From the human T2T-CHM13v2.0 reference genome, Homo sapiens, in NCBI RefSeq assembly GCF_009914755.1, contig NC_060947.1: a stretch of DNA of 64,000 bases; one strand, written 5' to 3'. Positions within the stretch are counted from its first letter, which is position 1. Each line of letters begins with the position of its first letter. Below, piece after piece: positions 14,803 through 31,609 of the stretch. Under the pieces are notes generated by a model, which saw only the letters and a program-made list of their open reading frames with translations, had not been told where the DNA came from and did no database searches. Both the position numbers and the translations under genes were made by a program.

Positions 14803-17800
14803 CTACATGCAATTCAAAATATATATGCAATATATGAATGGGAAGAAAAGGATTAGCATCTGGCTAGTGAACCATTTTCTCCGTTTGCTGGGAATGCCTG
14901 GGACAGAAAGAACAATGACTTGACCCACGCAATTTAACGTGGCACTGAGATACCATTACACACTAAAGAGAAGGTTACAATAAAAAATACTGACCTTATC
15001 AGCTGCTGGCAAAGATGTAAAGCAACTTTGCAGCTCACACACTACTGGTAGGGTATAAAATCATACAATTACATTACAAAACACTTCGATATTTTCTAAA
15101 ATATCTTAAAGATGTTCATATCGTGTGACTCAACCATTCCATTCATTGATGCATATCCAAGAAAAATGAAGATGGATGTGTGCACAAAAATGTGTATCAA
15201 AATATTCACAGCATGGAAAATGACAGAGCCTTGGGAAGAATCAGAAACAGGGAAATCCTAAGGGTGCCCATAAAAGCTCGGTGGTGGATAAATATGTCCC
15301 CTATCTTAATTGTGGTGATGCTTTCACAAATATACAGGTATCTTGAAACATATTATTTTAAAGTTATGTAGTTTATCTTATGCCTAAAATAAACTATACC
15401 TATACCTAAAACTGTTAAAAATGTGTGGAATGCACCAAAATGTGTCTAAACATTATAGCATTAAAAGCAAAAAGGGAAATCCCGGTAATTTAAAATCTGG
15501 TAGACCACTTCACAATTTGGGAATAAAATATTTGATTTAATCCAAAAGAATACTTGAGATAAAAGAATAAAATTAGGATCCATTAACAACATTCAAGAAA
15601 AAAGATCAACAAATCCAAAAGTTGCTTTGTTTTTAGTTTTTTCTTTTGTAAAGGTTAAAAAATTTATAAATCTTGAGAAGACTGATCAAGGAAAAAAAGG
15701 AAGACACATATTATCAGTTCCAGGAATGTACAGTGTGAATCATCATTACAGATATTGAAGATGCTTATATAATATTTGAAGTTATAAAAAAAGACAAAAT
15801 TACAGAAAGATACAGCTTTAAAAAGTAAGAAATTAAGGAAAATCTCATTTATCCTAAATGTATTAATTAACGTTAGTTCATAATGAAAACCACAGTTTAA
15901 CGTCTGGTTTTGTGAACTTTTCCATAAATTTCAGAAAAAATATAATACTAATCATGCACAATCTCTTTCACAGAATACTTTCCAAAAAATGTTGAGTGAA
16001 ATCCCTATAAACGTTACACAAAACTGATGAAGATATTATAATAAAGGACCGTCAATGGTTGATATGGATCCTGACAAAATGAGACAAAAAAATCATTATG
16101 TTTGACAAATGGAATCCAAACACACTTTCAATTATAACACCCCGTGAACAAACTGAGCTTAACACAATTTTGAATTATTATTGGTTTAACATATTGAAAT
16201 ATAATCTCCTTAACAACACAACGGACCAAAATCATGTCACTGTCACAACAAATATAGAGAAACCATTTGGCAAATTTACCATCCAGTTATGATTATTAAA
16301 AAATGACTCAGAAAACTATGGGAAATATCATCATTAGTGATGTAATAATGAAAACCTCATCCTGAGATGGGGATTGAGACATGAATGCCTACTATTACCA
16401 TTTCTATTCAGCTTTTCATGGAGTTCATAACCTGGGCAATAATTCAGGGAAATGTTAAAAAAATGCATGATGATTGGAAAGGAAGAAATAAACCCATCCT
16501 TATTTATAGATTTTATGTTTATGTACCAGAGTAGCTAAAAGCAGTCTACAGGTAATACATTAGAATTAACAACAGCATTTAGCAAGATTCCATATAGTTA
16601 AAGCTCAACACATTTTTCTGAGAATAGCAATTCTCACTAAACAGTTTATACACTTTATGAGAAATGGCATGAAAACCCTACATAACAAGGTTAGAGTTTT
16701 AAAGTATTTTTCCATATACTGTTCAGATCAAAATTGAGAGGATTTTAACCTTATTGTTGTCATTTTTTCTGATAGCATAGCAACAGGGCCCCATGAATAT
16801 TAAATAAACTCTAGCTTACACTGGACATTTACTCCTAGTGGAACAATAAAAGATTTTTTTTTTGCAATTTTTCTTATGGCCTTTAGTTTAATGATTTCAC
16901 TAATTAGAGGTCTGTTTCTTATAAATGGTTCACAACTAAATTAAATTATTTCTCCACAAAAATTTTATTTACTTTTTTCATTACTTCTTTCCTTTATAAC
17001 TTTGTTTTAATTATGGCTTTAAGCATAACTACTTACATGTACTATAATATATTAAAAACAAAAACAGGTCCTCCAAAATAATCATTAGTAATAATATGCT
17101 GTCATGTGACTGGTTTTTTTCCCTGATTACTTACAAATAAGATGTCTCCTCAGTATAAAATTCTGAAAAAAATGCAGATATGTATCTTTTCACGGAAGTA
17201 ATCATGATTAACAGTGAAGTGTGTAATTTAACAAATAAACATATCAATATACATTTACATGAATAATACATTTATGTAACTGTGAAAACATATGAATAAA
17301 TTATAATTTGCTTGCTGTTTTATTAGCAATATGTCTTGGAGATATATTCTGTAATCGTCAAAGATCTACCTGAGTATAAAATCTGCATAGCATTTATTGT
17401 ATGAACACAGTTTACTCTATTAAAAATAGCTGTTCTGCCTTTTTGTATCCATAGTTATATGCACATTGACAAGTCCTGTCAGATATAATCATAGAAAGGC
17501 AATTGCTGTGGAAAAGAGTAGACAAATTAAAATACTGCTAAAAAATAAATTAATTTCCAAAATAGTACTATTTTATACTCCCTTCAAAATCTGGTATCAA
17601 TGGATATAAAAATGATATTTTATTAATTTCCTCTTAGTATTAACTATTATAATTGCCAAAAAATGGTTATTGTTTATCATATATGCATTTTAATAACACT
17701 ATTTGTTAAAAAGCATACCACTTCATACTTATAATACCAAAGTTATTACATATCATGTATATGTAAATATATATGCATAAACTCGTTACTTTCACCTACA

Positions 17801-18374
17801 TCCTATATATTCCTTGTTCCTGAATTAGTTCTGATATGCACCTTATGTAAATCATTTCACCAATAGAACATGTTTTCCAAGGAATGTTATTGTCTATTTT
17901 ATTATTACAGTAGACAAAATATTTGCGGGAGGTAACACAGGTATCATTTCTTTATTTTTTATCAAGAGTGTTATCATACAATTTCTCATCCTGTTCAACA
18001 GTAGTATCACATCAACAATTACAACAACAATTAATTTAGATACTTTGCTTGTAAGTGTGCTAAATTGTTTTAACACGTATATAGTTAATCTATACAGATA
18101 TTTTAATATGTTTTCATGAGAAATAAAAGTTTGGCTTTTGTTATTTTTCATGTGTACCTTTTTATCTTTTGCTTTGCTTTATTGTTATCAATCAGATAAA
18201 TTATCCTTTTTATTTACACATATAGAAAAATTTGGATTGAAATGCTACTCAAAATAGGTATTGAAACTTTAATGTATTTTATTAGTAAGCTACATATTAG
18301 GCATCTATATAAAATATACAGTACATTAGTGTAGAGTACAAAATCAAAATTCAATAATTCCATAAGAATTAAAG

Positions 18375-18705
<331 letters not shown>

Positions 18706-19119
18706 CTAGGAAAGATGAATTCAAAATTCCATAATTCCGTAAGAATTAAAGATACATTACCTCTCTAGGAAAGACGAACTAAAGATGGCTGCCTTCGCAA
18801 CAGAATCTGTGGAGTGCCCGAAATAACGAAGCAGAATATTTTCAAGGCTGAAAGACAAAAAAAAAAAAAGTCAATAGAATTCTAAATGTAGCAAAATTTT
18901 CCTTTCCAAACTGGGAATAAAATAAGACGTGTCCACATAAGCCCACCTGCGACAATTTAGCACTGGACTACCCCTAATTGCAGTTGCTGCCGGAAGTTCT
19001 ACAGGCTGAGGGAAGTGGCGTGCGATGGAAACTGAGAATATCTGGAATGCCAGAAGAGCACTGGGATGCAGGGCCAGGGTGGCTCCCTCTGCTGGTGGAA
19101 GATAGTAATGTCAGTTGGT

Positions 19120-19281
19120 TGGAATTTCAGCCTGGGAATTTATGTAGTATCGCAACTGTCTCAGTGTATTGGTTACAAAAGCATTACTAAGCTTGGTCCA
19201 AAATCCAGGTAGGGGCTATAAACTCAATCCTTTGAAGGAAGATGTGTCAAAGAATATGTGGATGTGTTTTCAAAGTGCCAC
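19120..19281 (-). mobile_element. MaLR (MLT1-type) LTR fragment
   Basis: Reverse complement begins TGTGGCACTTTGAAAACACATCCACATATTCTTTGACAC, as in recalled MLT1 5' ends. Confidence 0.6.
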
Positions 19282-21764
19282 AGATAAAAATCCAAAAGAG
19301 GAATTTAAATGGAATAATAAGAAACATTCAATAAACACAAAAGTAGGTACAAATAGAGAAAGGGAAAAACAAGAGATAGGAAAAACAGGAAAAAAAAATG
19401 AAAAGATGATCAACTTTGAAACAAAGTATATTAATAATGAAACTGAATTTAAAAAGAGTCAGGAGGGGTGATCACACAATTTCATAGTAAAATTTTGGCA
19501 AGTAACTGTTATGTTCATTGTATTGATTGTGTTGATAATTTCATGAATATATGCATATGACAAATTGTATCACATTACACATTTTAAAGTTGAGCAGTTT
19601 ATTGTTTGTCAATTATACTTTGTTAAATCTGTTTTCAAATGTGTGAGATGCACCTCAACACGCATCTAAAGAAAAGTTACTCCATTAAATGCAAAGGAGA
19701 AAATTCTGGAAAAATGTAGGCTCTGATTACTCATCACAAGAATGTGGAAAAATGGTAATGTAAAATGAAGAAATTTAAAAAATCATTAAAATCAAAATCT
19801 AATGATTTTTTAAAAATACAAAGAGAATATCAACAAAACCAAAAGTTGCCTCTTTTAAAATTGTTAGTAAAATTGATAAACACCTAGCAAGATTGATATA
19901 GACAAAAAGAGGAGGCACACAGTATTCTTACAAGGAGTAAAACGGTCATCATTACACATTCTAGAAACATAGACATAAAATTACAAGCAATTGTATCCAA
20001 TAAATTTGAAATGAGAGAAAATGGTAAAATTTAAAGGAAAACACAACAAAACAAGAAAACTTAGGAAATCTGGATAGCAATATATGTATTAAATAAATTG
20101 TGTCTGTAATGAGAAACCTTCCTGTAAATGAATTTTATACCTTAGTACAGGAAGTTGTGAACCTTTTCATACAATTGAGAAAGAAACAACACCAATCTTG
20201 TACAAAATTCTCTAGAAAATAGAAACAGTAAAAATATTCCCGAACAAATGTTTAATGAGATTCATACGAACTTTATACCAAACTGACAAGATGTTATAGG
20301 AAAAGAAAATAAAAGGTTTGTCTTTCATCACCAAATGCAAAATAAGAAGAAAAAAGTATGTCTAACAAACTGAACCCGAGATATATTTACTGTAATACAC
20401 AGGAACAAACTGAGTTTCATCCAAGAATAAATTCATGTTTCATACCATTTGTAAATCAAATAAAGTTAACAGAACAGAGGAATTATATCATATGATTATC
20501 CCAAAATATGCAGAAATGCCACTGGAAAAAATTTACTGCACATTTATAATTCTTTTAAAAACTCAGAAAACTGAAGTAAATATGACAACTTGTGGTGAAA
20601 TATTGAAAACTTGTCCCCTTGAGATCAGGAACAAGACAAAGGTTTCTATTATCACCAGTTTTACTCAACATTTTATGGAGGCCCTAGCCAGAGCAATAAT
20701 GCAAGAAAAAGAACACAACAAAGACACTGCTATTGTTTACAGATTACAAGATTCTTTATTTATACTATCTAAAAGAAATCTATAGATAGTATATTAGAAT
20801 TAATTACTTAATTTAGCAAGATGACTACTGGATATAAGCTCAAGAAAAACATCAAGTGTAATTCTAGATATCACAAGCAATTTTTAAAATTACATAGCTA
20901 AAAAATATACCTTTCAAAATGGCATCAAAAAACATCAAATTTCAAAGTATATGTTTAATAAAAGATGTGCAAGATCTGTACACAGCAATCTATATAAAAT
21001 TGTTGAGAGGTATTAATGAATACATAAACAACTGGAATGGTATGAGACTTTTATGGATTATAGATTCAACATATTTTAGAGTCACTGATTCAAGCTGATC
21101 GAATTCAAATCCCATAATTTCTAATGATGTTAAATTTCTTCTGCATGCTAGCTGCATGTGTTTTTATTTTGTAAAAATTAATCAACTGTAACCATTTTAT
21201 GTACTTTTGTGTCTACTTTCTATGCTTTGATGAAAATTTGTATTTATTAAAGCAAAATGTTACAGGTGTCCTTTTTAGGTATAGTAATATTTTCTCCTAA
21301 GCAAACCAAAACTAGTTTTAAAAACAATTCAGGCTTAATAGATTTACTAAGAGAAACAGATTCACAGTTTATGATTCAGGTAGCAACCAGAGATTAACTC
21401 TGATTCCAATAATAGAGAGTATTATGATGTATAGAGGAAGAGGAAGGAGAAGGAAGAGAAAAGGAGGAGGAAAATGATGAAGGGAAACTGCAAGAGAAAG
21501 GATTGAAATAAGATTTAAGATGACTGAGACAAGAAAAATATATGATATATAAAAGTTCACACAAAAACCTGATAAACATTAAGAAATAATATGCAGAATT
21601 AAAAAAACAAGCTTTCAAATGATTAACGTTAATATATGGAGAGGTTGGGAGAGAGAAAAGGCAAGACATCTGTCTTACCTGGGTATACATTACTCATTGA
21701 AAAAGCTAGAGATGTGGAATTAACTAACATAGAAATCCCTTCCGAAAAGTCAAAGTTAGTTATG

Positions 21765-21985
21765 TGACAGAAAGAACACTGGGTCTATGGGTGAGAAATT
21801 TGGTTTTCATTTTTCATATTTCCATGTCTACTCTGTGACCTTAGGCAAGTTACCTAACCTTTCAGAACTTCAGTCATTCATGTTTAAAACTTTGGTATTT
21901 TCTTACCCACCAAGCAGCACTGCTATGAGAATCAAATTTGACAGTGGGAAGAAAGACAATCTATAAATGAGTGTTAATCCCTATA
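21765..21985 (+). mobile_element. MIR
   Basis: MIR core CTGTGACCTTAGGCAAGTTACCTAACCTTTC. Confidence 0.8.
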
Positions 21986-22179
21986 AGTCATTAAATGTAT
22001 TTCTATTATTTTAAAGACCATGTAGAATTTTTCATTCTGCAGCTAACTGTCCTTCGCATGTTGTAGAAAATGATATTTACTGTACAAATGTCAGTCACAG
22101 AGTTCAATTCAGAAAGAAGGCATATGTATTACATTTGAATTTTCACTGGAGACCGCAAAGCCATGGAATATAAAATTCA

Positions 22180-22486
<307 letters not shown>

Positions 22487-22869
22487 ATTCACAATAAGAC
22501 TCAAATTTATTCAGGATATAATTTTTATAATTAGAAACAAAATGCCATCAATATGTAAATGTTTAACATTATTTAGATGACATTTTTTAAAAAAGAAACT
22601 ATGTATAACAATTAAAAACAGTAATATCAGATAATAGAAAGCCCTCTTATATCAAAATAATAATCATTTCAATGATTCACAGAAAATCATCACTTAGAAA
22701 CAGTTATCTGGAAGGACTTATTATTAGTAAATAAATAGCTTTTGTTCTATACTCTCAAGACCTGTATTTTCTTCTACTGAAAAAGGAAATGATACCAATC
22801 CTATCCACATTACAGGACTCTATAGAACCCACTAATACTGTAAAAGCTGTTAACCATTATTAGTATTGT

Positions 22870-24260
22870 ATAGATTATATTATATATAATATATTATAAT
22901 ATATAATTATATATTATAATATATTATATATTATATATTATAATATATTATTATATATTATATATATATTATATATATAATATATATTATATAATAATAT
23001 ATAATATATTATAATATATTATTATATATTATATATATAATATATTATATATATAATATATTATATATTATATATATAATATATAATATATTATATACTA
23101 TATATATTATATAATTAATATATATATTGTATATAATATATTGTATATAATATAATATATTATATTATATAATATATTATATAATATACAATATATTAAT
23201 ATATAATATATTATATAATATATAATATATTATATATTAATATATTATATATAATTATATATTATATAATATATTATATAATATATAATTATATATAATA
23301 TATTATATAATATATAATTATATATAATATATTATATAATATATAATTATATATAATATATTATATAATATATAATTATATATAATATATTATATAATAT
23401 ATAATTATATATAATATATTATATAATATATAATTATATATAATATATTATATAATATATAATTATATATAATATATTATATATTATATATTATATATAA
23501 TATATTATATAATATATAAATTATATATAATATATAATATATTATATATTACATATAATTATATTATATATAATATATAATATATATAATATATAATATA
23601 TATTATATATAATTATATGTAATATATAATATAAATTATAATATATAATTTATATTATATATAGTATAGAATATATTATATATAATATATATTCTTTATT
23701 ATATAGAATATACTATATATAATATATATTATATGTAATATAGAATATATTATATGTAATATAGAATATATTATATGTAATATAGAATATATTATATGTG
23801 ACATAGAATATATTATATGTGATATAGAATATATTCTATATATTCTATATTCTATATTCTATATATCATATATTATATATAATATATATTCTATATATTA
23901 TATATTATATATATAATAAATTATATATATATAAATTATATACATATAAATTATATATTATATATCATATATAGTATAATATACTATATATGATATATAA
24001 TATATAATATATAATTTATATATTATATATTATATATCATATATAGTATATTATACTATATATAATATATAATATATTATATATATTATATATTATATTA
24101 TATATAATATAATATAATTATATAATATATAAATATAATATATAATATATAAATATAATATGTATATATTTTATATATTATATATAAAATATATAATATA
24201 TAATATATATAAAATAAAAATATATATAATTATATATATTATATATAATATATATTAATA
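22870..24260. repeat. ~1.4-kb AT-rich compound array ((TA)n-derived minisatellites)
   Basis: Almost pure A/T. Tandem ~24-bp units at ~23260-23480, ~20-bp TAGAATATATTATATGT(A/G)ATA-type units at ~23740-23830, and internal palindromes. Confidence 0.97.
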
Positions 24261-25462
24261 GAAAAAGCTTGGTATGAAGAAATAACATTACTTTTCACCA
24301 TTTTTTAAATTCAAAAGATATTAAGGAGTAGCAAGGGTTATGAACTGCTTTAAGAAAGGTAGATATTTGTTATTACTTCCTAGAAATTAATGGAAGGTTT
24401 TATGGCCCAAGCTGGACTTGACATAAGCTTAAGTAAGTGGCAAGGGAATGCTGAATGTGATTGTTCTGGCAACCAGAATGATTTGGCAGAAATCAAGGGT
24501 TTGGAGGTTGGAGCTGGAATATGTGGAGGAAAAGTTGGAAATAAATAAAGAAACTAACAATTTGGGCAAAGGAAGAAAAAATAATGGGTGTAATATGGTA
24601 TTTTAAGGTAATCATAGTAAAGCAAATAACAATGTTTCATTAAAAAAACTGTTAAATCCAGTAATCAGTCACTACAGTATCTAATCAAGTAGATGAAAAT
24701 GAATGCCGTTAGCAGCTGATTGAGAAAAATGAAAATTAGGAGACAAATTTTGTCAAGACTTGATAAGAGATGCATTTGCTTTCTTGCCTCTTGGTTTTCT
24801 TCAAATTATAGCTAGCGACTTTGGCGGACTTCCAAATGCCTGCTTACTTCAAATTATGAACATTCCATATAAGTTAACAGTTTATCCTTTTTGCTAACTT
24901 TTAAAAAGTTCATACGTGTTGAGTAGCTATTTTAGGAGCCTAGCAAATAAATCTATGCCACTATTCCTTGAATCTTATAGAAATCAATCAGTCGCTAAAG
25001 TAGTTCAGAAAGTAAATTTAAATACATTCCTAAAATAAACATATTTTGCTTTATTTCTCTTGTAGAAATGCTATTAATCAGCTTTTTGTAATTGGGCTTT
25101 TATATATGTTGGCCTGTGATACAAGTTACTCTTTCCAGCTTGAACTAAAAAGGATGATGATAATGATGATGATGATAAATTGTCCTTAATGTTATGCTCC
25201 CGTTTATCAGTTTTCAATTAGCTATTAATGCACATTAGCTTTCAAATTAATGTCTCCTGTATCAGGAAAATCAAATATTATTTAAAAGTTTAAAAAATGA
25301 CTTTTCCTTTTTGAGTTTCAGATTCTGTAAAATATCTGATATTTTGTTGAATATTTAAAGAACTTTCGTTTGGTTAAGGATTGGGGAAGCATTATTTTCC
25401 TACATCTGATTTTAATGACAATCTAAGATGACAAGGTGGGTTTTTTCAATATCATGAAGTAA

Positions 25463-26270
<808 letters not shown>

Positions 26271-26654
26271 CGCAAACTCAAGGAAGGGTTTCTTTTTTGC
26301 CCCCTAAATGAAAAATACCTCAAATGTTTTAATTGAAATGATAATATAGAGAATTACAAATAAATCATACCATTATCAGTTTATGGAAAAGTAGGAGATA
26401 ATTGCAAGAGCAAAGTCCTTAAGCAGATGATGGAGAATGAGTTTGACTGGTTAAATGGAGGAGTTGGTGTTAAGAGAGGAGAATTCATCCCTCATAATAG
26501 AAAAAAAAGAGTACTTGGTTTCAAAAGCATGTAGGTTGGTATATATGTATAGTACTGAAGGTATTATTTTGATAACTTTTTCTTTTGTGAAATTGGAATG
26601 AAATAACCAGTTAGTTCTTGGTAAGAGAGGATGTTTGAGGCATGAAGAATGACA

Positions 26655-27385
26655 ATACAGCTCTGTTGGTTTCCTTAAAAGAAGACTCTGAAAAAAGGAC
26701 TTGGTTGCAGGTAGTGTATTTGGGAGTTGATTCCAAGAAGCACAAGGGAGAAAGTGGGAAAAGAGTTACAAATATATGTTGTTATGCCTTCCATCTCATA
26801 AAACTCAGTCAGTGGTTACAATAATTTCGCCAGTAAATTTAAATATTTTTTTAAATAAACATATACTTTGCTTTATTTCTTTTGTATGAATTCTATTAGT
26901 AGGGCTATTTTGATTGGGCTTTTACACATGTAGGCCTATGGCATGTATTATTCTTTCGAGCCTCTTCAAATTAACATACTGCTACTAACAAAGGGTACAT
27001 TAATGGGAAGTGACAACTTTGGGCTACTGGAATGAGCTCAGTACCCTCACTGCAGAACCTCTGAGAGACCATATGGAACCCACCTCAGAATCATCCCACC
27101 AGAGGATTCAAATGCTGAGGCACTCATCTACCGATTGTCATCTCACATTGATTCAGGATCCCTTGCTCCTAGTGAAGTTTATTAACTTCCCCGTGTGCCC
27201 AGTTTGTACCTCCTTATGACAGAGCAAGCCCCCATGGTGTTGGAGAAAGCCTTGAGACAGAGAAGTGATATACGAGCACTAGAAGGGGAATGCTTTCAGC
27301 ATGCTAGAATCTGTCTTCCATTGCCACTGGTGAACTCAGTTGGGCCTAGGGGATATGCGGCAGGGCATCAGTACACTCTGCTACA
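26655..27385 (-). mobile_element. LTR33-like (ERVL) LTR interrupted by a ~200-bp insert at ~26766-26985
   Basis: AGAAGACTCTGA...GCAGGTAGTGTATTTGGGAG..GATTCCAAGAAGCAC resembles the recalled LTR33 antisense strand, and the element resumes at AACAAAGGGTACATTAATG. Confidence 0.65.
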
Positions 27386-27804
27386 TTAAATAAGAAATCA
27401 TTGTCTCATAGTCGTGGACAATGGATCAGTGACTTGATTTAAGAAATAAAGTAGGATTTCTTAGCCACCTAGAGTCCATGTAAGGTTTTTCTGAAATATT
27501 TAGTTGGAGATTAGTCATCCCTGGGTCTTTTTACCAGACATGTTTAGCTATTGGGTGCAGGTATAGAGTAAGTGGGATGTTGCAGATACAGGCAGGGGAA
27601 TTGAGGATAACAGTTACAAAATTCCATCACACCATACTCTTTGATATTTTTCAGAACTATCCACATCTTGGTATCCCCTTTGAGTTATTGAAGCCCTCGT
27701 AACTTTCCCAAATTATGATAAAGCTTTTTCTAACCATCCCCTGTCACCAGTATTGCCACTTACCAATCATCATCTACTTCATAATAAAAAGTGTTTTCCC
27801 CCTC

Positions 27805-28123
<319 letters not shown>

Positions 28124-29103
28124 CCCGTCTCTCTTAAAACTCTTCAAAAGAAATTTCTTGGTATGTCACACAAAGTTTCTCATGATCTGCCTTTCCTTAC
28201 ATCTGCACCCTTATCTTCCACCACGTGGCCGAAACACTCTTCTTTCTAGCAATACTACAAGATGTTAAAGTTCTCTGATTTTTTAAGTCTCTACGTAAAA
28301 TTATCCTTAATCGGAATGTCCTCAACCACATTTCCAGCTGGATAATTGCTACACACTTTATGATTTAAAACCAAAATTTTCTCTCTTCTTGGCACTTTTC
28401 CTGAAACTTCTGATTTAACAGCCAAATCGGTGGGTTCCTCTCCTACCGTTACACATGTTTATCCTAGGAGAATTTACTATATACATACATGTGTGCATAT
28501 GAGTATGTGTACATATATGTGTATGGAGTTAGATATCTCTGAATATTTTTGTACTTTCTGAACATTTGTGAAAGGTAGTGACAAGTTTTTCTTCTCTGTA
28601 TTCCAATAATACAGAGCACACAACAGGATTCTGATAAATTTTAGTTATTTAAGGAATGAATAATAAAGTCCAAACTGTTATTCAAATATTGGTCACAGAA
28701 AACAAACTAGACACTAGACTAAAATTTGTTGATCTCTACATAAATGCAGGCTTCACTGTGGAAAAAATAATGATTTTGTTAAGAATCGGTTTGCAATGAT
28801 ACTATACCCAGAGCTCATAGAGGACAGAGACTTTATTCCTGTTCTAAAAAAAAAATGACTTTTGGTATACTACACAAATAATAAGTATGCACTGAGTAAA
28901 TGAATAAATGAAAACAACTTAATGAACTCTCATTGTCTGTTGTCTACTGTTCTTGACCAAATTATTAAATAAAATGTTAAAAAATGTATTCTTTGACATA
29001 AGCCTGAGACTGTGGAAATGGAACTAGGTCTTTCTTTTCCACAGTCAGTGAAAATAAAGCAACCCTTTCAAATGGGAGCCCATGTCTTAGAATTTTGACA
29101 ATT

Positions 29104-29418
<315 letters not shown>

Positions 29419-31284
29419 TCACTGACTTATAGACAGTACTTAAGACTTAAAGACTTAAGACTTTAGAGATCTAAATGAAAAAAGAGACACTCCTTAATTA
29501 TGAGTCAAAATTTCCTTTAATCTTTGGAATTACAAATAGCTTATTAAAACCACTTCTGCAAGTATTAAGATGTATTATGTGTAGATCAAGTAATTAAGAG
29601 ACAATAATCTTTGTCTAATCCTATTTGTACCAAGAATAACAATTTGAAGTTAAAATACAATGAAAAATATTTGAATTGAAAATTTATTGAATAAATATAT
29701 GCCACCCCAATAAAAAAAATATGTCATATTAATTTTCACATGCTGAGACAGTGGGACCACCCTTGATTCTACCATGCAAGAAAATTTGCCATAGCCTCAT
29801 GTTGGAAGAAGATGATGTGTAAAGTTTGGCTATGGTCAGGAGCAGGAGAACCAACTCTAGCTACAAAAAACAAGCAAGTAAGCAACAGACTGGAAGAACA
29901 ACCTTTTATTAAAATCATTGTGCCTTTATGAAGAGACTTTGACTGATGTATATACTCTTTAAAATTATATTTGTAAGTCATATAAAGTGCTAATACCATA
30001 TGATATAATGGTTTCTTTAGAAAAGGTGCATATATTATTGCCTAGATAAAAACATTACATAATTTAGGTCTTGCATAAATTATCGATGTACAAGCCACTA
30101 TTGCACTGGAAATCTATTCTCTTTGAGAAAGTTTTAAGCTTTCAATAGGAAAGAATATTCAGCAAACCCTGTTTATATACTGGCTAATAAAATGCACCAT
30201 GTCATCTATCTTGATCAGCTATACTATGTTATACTATTACCTTGATGCATCTACCTAATTTATAATAATCTGAAAAATAATTGTTTACATTTTGTTATTT
30301 TAAATTTAATGTTACCATATCTAATGAAGGAGTGAACATACTCTTGAAAAAAGAAAAAAGAAAGGGGAGTAGGAGTTAAATCCATCTGATCCCACACTAC
30401 TTGAGACTTAGCTAGGGTATTTATTATAAGTGTGAGTAAATGCACACATATTTTATAAATTTAGGGAACAGCTACGCTTCTAGATTTCTTTTAAGCTATC
30501 TTCCAAGTTTCCTTAATAATCTCTGGGGAGCAAAAGAGACTGGAAATATCTGCAAATATTAATTATAACCTTTATTATAAGATTTTAACTATATAATCTG
30601 ACTATAAAATAATAAATCATGTACTTTACTGAAGAAGAATATGGCCAAAGGGGCAAAAAATTCTAATTGTTTAATACTGATATTTTAACTTGATAAATAC
30701 ATATATTTACATATGTGTATGCATATATATAATTATTTAATTGACCATTACTTCATCTAGTAATACAAATGAGAAAATATATTTTTTCTTGTATTAGCAA
30801 ATAGCACATACTAAGCTATGGCAATCCCAAACTAGCAGATAAGCAGTGTTCCTCATACATACGGTATATAAATAAAGTAAATACATAGAATGTAATATTC
30901 ATGTACTTTTCGTAAAGTTTGTTCTCACATCTTTATATATGATCAGAAATTTTATAAATACTTGAATTCACCATGCCAAGTCTTTCTTCTTATTCTTCAA
31001 ATTGTGATTTTGTTTGCCTTGAACACTATCCTATACATCTTTCAATTTTAGTGTCTATATCATTTTATTATGAAAAGTCTTCCCTTTCCCCTCCAGATCA
31101 AGTTGAGTATTCTTGTTAAGTGCTCCTGAAATATCCCTACCTCTCTGTCACAACATTTATCAAATGTTGCTTTTTTAAATAGTTTCTCTTCTGCCACTTA
31201 ACCTTTTCTCTGTTAAGGCAGCATTTGAGCTTAACTTACTCATTGCTCCTACAATAATCCCTGGCACATAATGAATTTCAAATA

Positions 31285-31293
31285 CATATATAG

Positions 31294-31329
<36 letters not shown>

Positions 31330-31376
31330 CTATCTATATCTATCTATATACATATATATAAAGAGAGAGAGAGAGA
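31285..31376. repeat. Compound (TG)n(TA)n(GA)n microsatellite at an Alu tail
   Basis: Seen directly. Confidence 0.95.
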
Positions 31377-31379
31377 CAA

Positions 31380-31609
31380 CGAGGGTGTCGCTCTGTCACC
31401 CAGGCTAGAATGCAGTGGCACTATCGTAGCTCACTGCAGCCTCAAACTCCTGGGCTCCAGACTGCAACTACAAGCTAATTTTTTTATACTTTTTTGATCG
31501 AGTCTCCCTGTGTTGCCTAGGCTGATCTCAAAATCCTGGCCTCAAGCAATTCTCCTGCCTCAGCCTCCCAAAATGTTGGGATTACAGGGATGATCCGCTG
31601 TGCCAGGAC
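31380..31609 (-). mobile_element. Internally deleted AluJ
   Basis: TAGCTCACTGCAGCCTCAAACTCCTGGGCTC...GGGATTACAGG. Confidence 0.85.

Noticed and set aside
20435-20785. 116-aa ORF with weak RT-like residues
   Set aside because: Degenerate L1 ORF2 remnant in array copy D; short and highly decayed.
23260-23830. Regularly spaced 20-24 bp repeats as a CRISPR-like array
   Set aside because: Contiguous AT-only minisatellite units with no unique spacers, in a human context with no cas genes.
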